From contig JAUCBJ010006848.1 in NCBI GenBank assembly GCA_032718475.1, positions 1 to 64,000 on the forward strand: a DNA stretch of 64,000 nt, read 5' to 3'. Made by a program: the position numbers and the translations under genes. This stretch comes from Nemertoderma westbladi. Taxonomy: Eukaryota > Animalia > Xenacoelomorpha. Within the stretch, counting starts at the first letter, position 1; every line of letters begins with the position of its first letter. Under the pieces are notes generated by a model. It searched no databases, was not told where the DNA came from, and worked only from the letters and a program-made list of their open reading frames with translations. This document shows, in pieces, positions 58,823-64,000 of this stretch.

Positions 58823-60532
58823 TTAATAGGGTTGCTGGCCTCCGAGAATAACTGGTTTAACCCTTTTAGGGTCCGATACTATTAATGGTTGCGTTAATTT
58901 TCTCTTTGATAGTTTGTTGAGATAACCTTTTCTTGGGGGGTGAAATAGATTAAGGTGTGTTTGCTGCGGGAGAAATATGCCTTCTCTGAGAGAACGTTTT
59001 AGTAATTCGAAAAGGCGCGCGATGGTAAAGTCGTTGGATAGGGTGATAGTGTTGGTATTTTTCGTATTGGTGAATATAATTTCTGCTGGTTTGTTCTCGA
59101 TATGAATGTAAGGACTGAGATAGTAGTGAGAGTTGGGTGGGTTGGTTATATTTATCGCGAGAAAATCGCTGCCCCTAATATTGAGACCGTTGGTGAACTG
59201 AAAAGTGGTATTCTCTTCGTCTTTCATTAAAATGGGCCAGATACCAACATATTTTTCGGATTTGAACTTATAGATAAAGGCTGCGATACTGCTATTTATG
59301 AGATAGCGTTGGTGATTGGGGATCGTAATCTGCTTTGGTTTGAAAGCAAATTGTATAGCCATAGCCTTGAATCTGATTAGAGCCTCGCGCGCTTGAATCG
59401 TGTTAGCTATAGTAAAGGATTCGTTAAATTTTCTCTCGGTTATCTGTAAATCAATTTCTGAATCACTGATACAACTTTGTATCGATATTCGCTCGGAAAT
59501 GTTGTCTTTGTATACGTTAAGTTCATCGTAGCAGACACATTCACTATCCTCGATGGTTGAATCGAACCATTTCAATTCGCCGACCTCGGTTGGTGTAAGA
59601 AGAATCATGCCCCTAGAAGAAACAATAGCCTTTCCATCGTCAACCTCGTAGCCATTGGTGATCGCTAAATTGCGCTCGTTCCGAATATTTGTAGCAAACC
59701 CAAAAGTGCAATAGTCAAAAGCAACCCAATTGCCCGGTTTTAGGACAAGGTGAGTAGTAGGATTAATAAAAGGGCGACAGATGTTTACATATTGTTGAAA
59801 TAAATTGGCGCAGGCGACGGAAAATGTAATCCATGAACTGTTTACAGTGTCTTCCAGCTTTATTAACTCGAGTGGTTTCACTGGGTTAATACTTCCATAG
59901 GTGCCAACTCTATAATTGAATCCAAAGTAATAGGAGACTTTATTGGCGAAAAAGCATGTGAGCTCATTCAATTTCTCGCCGAAAGCGAGAACATCCTTGT
60001 CGAAAAGTTTAAAGAAACGAGTCTCCTCTTCCTCGGTCGGAGTCGACGAGTTCCAGATGAGAAGAAGAATCGAGTTTGCGATACTATGAAAATCAAATAA
60101 GCGATCATCGGAGAAGAAGGAGGTTACGAGAGTGGTTAAACCCAGTAGACGATTTGCCACATCTTGGTTGATGTTTTCTCGAATAAAATCGACGACACTA
60201 GTTGGAATCGTAAACGTCTCGGGCGAAGTAGTTAGATTAAACGTGATTTTGTTGTCCCTTTTTAAAAGTTTGAAACCGTGGTTGGAGGAATGAAGTTTAT
60301 TATCGTCGAGGGTTTGATATTGTCCATCGTGAAGTTCGTAGCAGGCGCGGAAAATAAAGTGCGCGTAGTTTGCCGGAATCGGGATGGGTTGGTTTAAGGT
60401 TGTATTTATCGTTAACGGGAAGAGTTTGTTCGCCGAATCGAAATATAGACCAAACGAGTTGTCTTGTAGCATAAACTGATTTTCGTTGCAAACTAGATCG
60501 TTGCTTGAATAGCTGATTTCTGAATGTGCCAT
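58823..60532 (-). CDS. Intact 569-aa protein of unknown function in the Polinton arm
   Basis: Long uninterrupted ORF with basic NLS-like C-terminus (KRK...PKRVK) and minus-strand AATAAA just after the stop (~58798-58803); duplicated in the left arm. Confidence 0.8.
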   Translation of the reverse strand: MAHSEISYSSNDLVCNENQFMLQDNSFGLYFDSANKLFPLTINTTLNQPIPIPANYAHFIFRACYELHDGQYQTLDDNKLHSSNHGFKLLKRDNKITFNLTTSPETFTIPTSVVDFIRENINQDVANRLLGLTTLVTSFFSDDRLFDFHSIANSILLLIWNSSTPTEEEETRFFKLFDKDVLAFGEKLNELTCFFANKVSYYFGFNYRVGTYGSINPVKPLELIKLEDTVNSSWITFSVACANLFQQYVNICRPFINPTTHLVLKPGNWVAFDYCTFGFATNIRNERNLAITNGYEVDDGKAIVSSRGMILLTPTEVGELKWFDSTIEDSECVCYDELNVYKDNISERISIQSCISDSEIDLQITERKFNESFTIANTIQAREALIRFKAMAIQFAFKPKQITIPNHQRYLINSSIAAFIYKFKSEKYVGIWPILMKDEENTTFQFTNGLNIRGSDFLAINITNPPNSHYYLSPYIHIENKPAEIIFTNTKNTNTITLSNDFTIARLFELLKRSLREGIFLPQQTHLNLFHPPRKGYLNKLSKRKLTQPLIVSDPKRVKPVILGGQQPY

Positions 60533-60618
60533 CGTGATTGTGTACCGGTAACTCGTTTAGGAAATAAAAATAAATAAATACTTTTACGAAAATAATTAAA
60601 ACTTTTCAGGAAAACAAA

Positions 60619-62762
60619 CCCTGCAAACAATGTATTGTTAAAAAGCTGTTATTAAAATGTTATTTAATGACATAGATAACATTATTTCAAATTGTTACAT
60701 TAATGATAAAAAAACTGTAAATTGGCCAAGAAATATGACGTTATATACTAACGTTATTATTTCGTTTTTAATAACATTAAAATAACAAAGCCAGGATGGT
60801 TATATATATCATTACTTTTATGTTATTCCTTATCATTATTATTGTATTTTTATTGACATTAAAATAACAACGGCATAATGTTTATTTAGATCGTTACTTT
60901 TATGTTATTTCTTAACATAAAAATATTGTTTGCTAAAAATGTAACATTATACGTGCATTTAAGCCCTTCTCTCATGTTTTATGGTTGGTTCGCTTGCTCA
61001 AACTAATAATCCATTGCCGTTCTTTATATCGTTCTTTATAATTGCCAAACCCTTTATTGAATAATTAATTAATAATTTCCCTACGCATGTTGATATGGTA
61101 TGGCAGGCTACAATCTCTAACACAGTTTGATTGAATACAATTTTGTTGTAGGCAATTGTATGTAAATTAATAACAATTAAAACGTATAACATGAATTTAA
61201 TTTTTTGTATAATGACCAGTCAGGAACAAATAATGAAATAAACAGCAAAATCAAAGTAAAATATCCCAGAATAAGTAAACAACAAATATATGGCTGTATG
61301 GCCCATTACGTAAATGGTCTTGATATTTCGGTTAAAGTTAATCACAGACTTAAAAAGAATATGTTTATGACTTAATAATAAGTGACAACAACGTAATGAA
61401 TTGCATCAATTAAAATACTTTGAGTTAATATTATTCACTAGATTTATAGATCTGATTTGTAGTCTATATAAAATAATGTACATATAGTGGGTTTAATAAA
61501 TAAAACCTCACAACAATGTTAAATTATTAAAAGGGGCAGGTTACAGTTGGCTACAGAGGCACATTATTATATCCTAGACGGGTAAACAAAAAAAAAACAG
61601 GTTACAGATTTATTTCTGGGAGAGTAATCAGTACTTATTTGAATCGATATCTCCCTGGAGAGGGATGATTTTGATTGCATCGCAAATCCTCCCTATCTGA
61701 ACAAATCATATTTAAAAAATTAAATGTTAATTATAATTATAGCTGAGTGAGCTTCATTTATTACATATTAAACTGTAAAAATAAATCAATAGGCCTAGGC
61801 CCTACAAAAGTACAATCTAAAAACTGAAACAATAAATAGTTTGTAATAACAGTTAATGTGAAGTTTTCAAATCGAAATCGAATCGAAAGTTTTGTAGTAA
61901 TGCTGTCCCTGTGCCCTGCCCCTTCAACTGAAAACTGGGACCTCCCAATAATAAGAATTCCAATCTTTAGTCCTCGGCTGTTGAAATCCACCATCAGTAC
62001 AGACAAATAAGTCAATCCTCCACCTGTCAGTGCTGGTTTAAGGGGACTTCCTGCTCCTGGTCCTGGCAGACTTGAATTCTGTAATTGGTAGGTCTAATGC
62101 AGTAATGTATGAATCCAGAGGGTAAAGGCGAACTCGCATTCAGGTAGATATGTTTTATTTATGAGTTTAGGTTAAATAAATCACAAAACCAAAAATATAA
62201 GCTACTGTACAGAGCAGTAGGCCTGCAGTAACTATACTACAGTAATAGAGATAGGCCTTGCAGTACAGCAGTATAACAATACATATACAGAATAAACATT
62301 GAATACAGGCAGGCCAGAATGAGTATTGTACAACATACCTGATACCATACTGTATACCATTTACATGTGGAAAATTCCTCCATTACCGCGAATTTTAAAA
62401 TTAGCCAATCATCAATCTCAGATTAGATAATAGAAGTGACAGCGTCTATCGCATAATGTTTATTTTATGTGACAAAATAACATTGTTCTGATATGTAACA
62501 AACCATGTTCTTAAAATGTTAGAACTAAACACTTATAAAACATTTTTGACTAATGTTTATGTTCTCACATTAAAATTACGTTTTTTTAACATCAACAGTT
62601 ATCATTTATTTAATGTCTGACAAAGACATTATAGAGTAATGTTAAAATAACATATATTGAACATCTAAATATTCTATCAAACAAGGGAATAACATTTATC
62701 AACATTTATAACAAATTAATGATGTTTTTCTGACATTCCTTGAAAGTAAATTGTTTGCAGGG
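60619..62762. mobile_element. Non-autonomous EnSpm/CACTA-like DNA transposon inserted in the right arm
   Basis: 13-bp TIR CCCTGCAAACAAT / ATTGTTTGCAGGG, 2-bp TSD AA (empty site at ~48391-48410), many TAACATT/AATGTT subterminal repeats. Confidence 0.8.
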
Positions 62763-63489
62763 AAGAGACAATGATTGGGAATGTGGTGAACGGGGGCTAT
62801 TATAGAGGGGGCTAGAATGGGTTAGCCAATCAGGGAACAGGAGAGAGAAAAGACTGTATAATTAAACCAATCAGAGAGCAGCTTTGATGACGTCACATCA
62901 GGCGAGATAATGATTGCCCAATGTTATTCAATGGTAGACAGAGTGGCGCCATTGAATAACGACGACAAAGGGGCCGCGAGAGGAAAGATTATAAAGTTAA
63001 CGATAAGGGAACTATAAACCATAGAGCTAAAAATAGACATTATGTCATAGTGATCTCAATGGTAATATAAAAACTAATTAATCTAAAAATAGAAATCAAT
63101 GTATAAAATAAAAGTAATACAATTAATTAATTTAAAATAAAGTACAAATGAATAAATACGAATAAAATAAAATGCAAATAATTAATTAAAATTAAATATA
63201 AATAAATAAGTATTAATGAATAAAAGAGCTGCGGTGTCACTTATGACACCCTCTTGCTCCTCTCTGCGCCAGTTAGACATCACTGATGACCCATTGTGTG
63301 TCGGGGCGCTAATCAGTCTGATTAATTAGGATAATCAATTAAACCCTAATTAGGAGTCATATGACACCTGTTAGGGTTTAATTGTACTAATTAATTGATG
63401 ACACCTGTCAATTAGGGTCTAATTGGCCTAATTGGGAGGTGTCACCCAGACAGTCTGGCGCCAATGACACCCAATGACACCCATAGGGT

Positions 63490-64000
63490 AAGAGTTATCA
63501 AAAAAGAAAGACAGGCATCTGGCTTTCATCTCTGTTGACTTCTTCAAGGCCTGATTCAGTCTCTCGCTCAAGTATGTTCAGCATACTTTCATTATATGGG
63601 ATTCCTGATGAAATTATTGCAGCTATCAGATCAGTATACGATGGTTTGGTAACATTTGTGTCTACTGTTGACGGTGACAAATAACTATTTGAAGTGTTAT
63701 GGGGCGTCCTCCAGGGAGACACACTTGCACCATTCTTGTTCATAATTTTGGTTGACTATGTTCTACGCATGTCCTTAGATCATCATAATGATGATGGGGT
63801 GATGATAACTCCACCTACTGGCTCCAGTAGTCGAGGAAATCCTGCCAAGTACCTAACTGATCTAGACTTTGCTGATGACTTAGGAGTACTCTCAGAATCA
63901 CTGGAGGGAGCCCAACGGCTCTTCAGCTCATTAGAACATGCTCCTTCTAGTGTTGGTCTTTTTATTAACTCCAGAAAGACCAACATTTTGACAGTTAACT
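63490..64000 (+). mobile_element. 5'-truncated RTE-clade LINE (degraded RT) interrupting the right Polinton arm
   Basis: YGIPDEII...GVLQGDTLAPFLFII..DYVLR...LTDLDFADDL...VGLFIN..KT, with an internal stop. Confidence 0.88.

Larger units (their letters stand above)
47595..63489. mobile_element. Decayed Polinton/Maverick-like element (right terminus lies outside the window)
   Basis: Starts AGTAGTAG exactly where homology to the host repeat (TTTACTTTGTG) stops; long inverted arms 47595-50112 and 58905-63489; pPolB-type N-terminal region at 52761-53777. No integrase, ATPase, protease or capsid recognised. Confidence 0.75.

Overview
AT-rich eukaryotic (metazoan-type) genomic DNA made almost entirely of nested transposable elements; no prokaryotic genes, rRNA or CRISPR arrays. 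(1) A multi-kb host repeat unit occurs in several copies (1-1053, 6085-11165, and 23050-23608 joined to 43590-47594) and carries MITEs and RTE/CR1 fragments. (2) One host-like single-exon gene encodes a predicted GPI-anchored Ig-domain protein (17961-18656). (3) A three-level nest retains all its target-site duplications: CR1-type LINE (23609-43589) > GG..CC TIR DNA transposon (26701-43118) > recent BEL/Pao LTR retrotransposon (27207-42389). The BEL element has ~2.3-kb LTRs containing a tRNA-like Pol III motif, no TGG-type primer-binding site, gag and pol separated by one in-frame TGA, and eight sense-strand copies of a 20-nt hairpin placed in all three codon phases and in the 3' non-coding region. 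(4) An inverted pair of Penelope-type minimal hammerhead ribozymes lies at 46728-47049. (5) A decayed Polinton/Maverick-like element runs from 47595 (AGTAGT terminus) to beyond 63489, with inverted arms of at least 2.4 kb that each carry a promoter and the same unknown gene (569 aa in the intact copy), a fold-back terminus, a spliced zinc-finger/pPolB N-terminus and a possible chimeric gene built on a LINE RT thumb. All family assignments come from motif recognition by eye; no database search was run.
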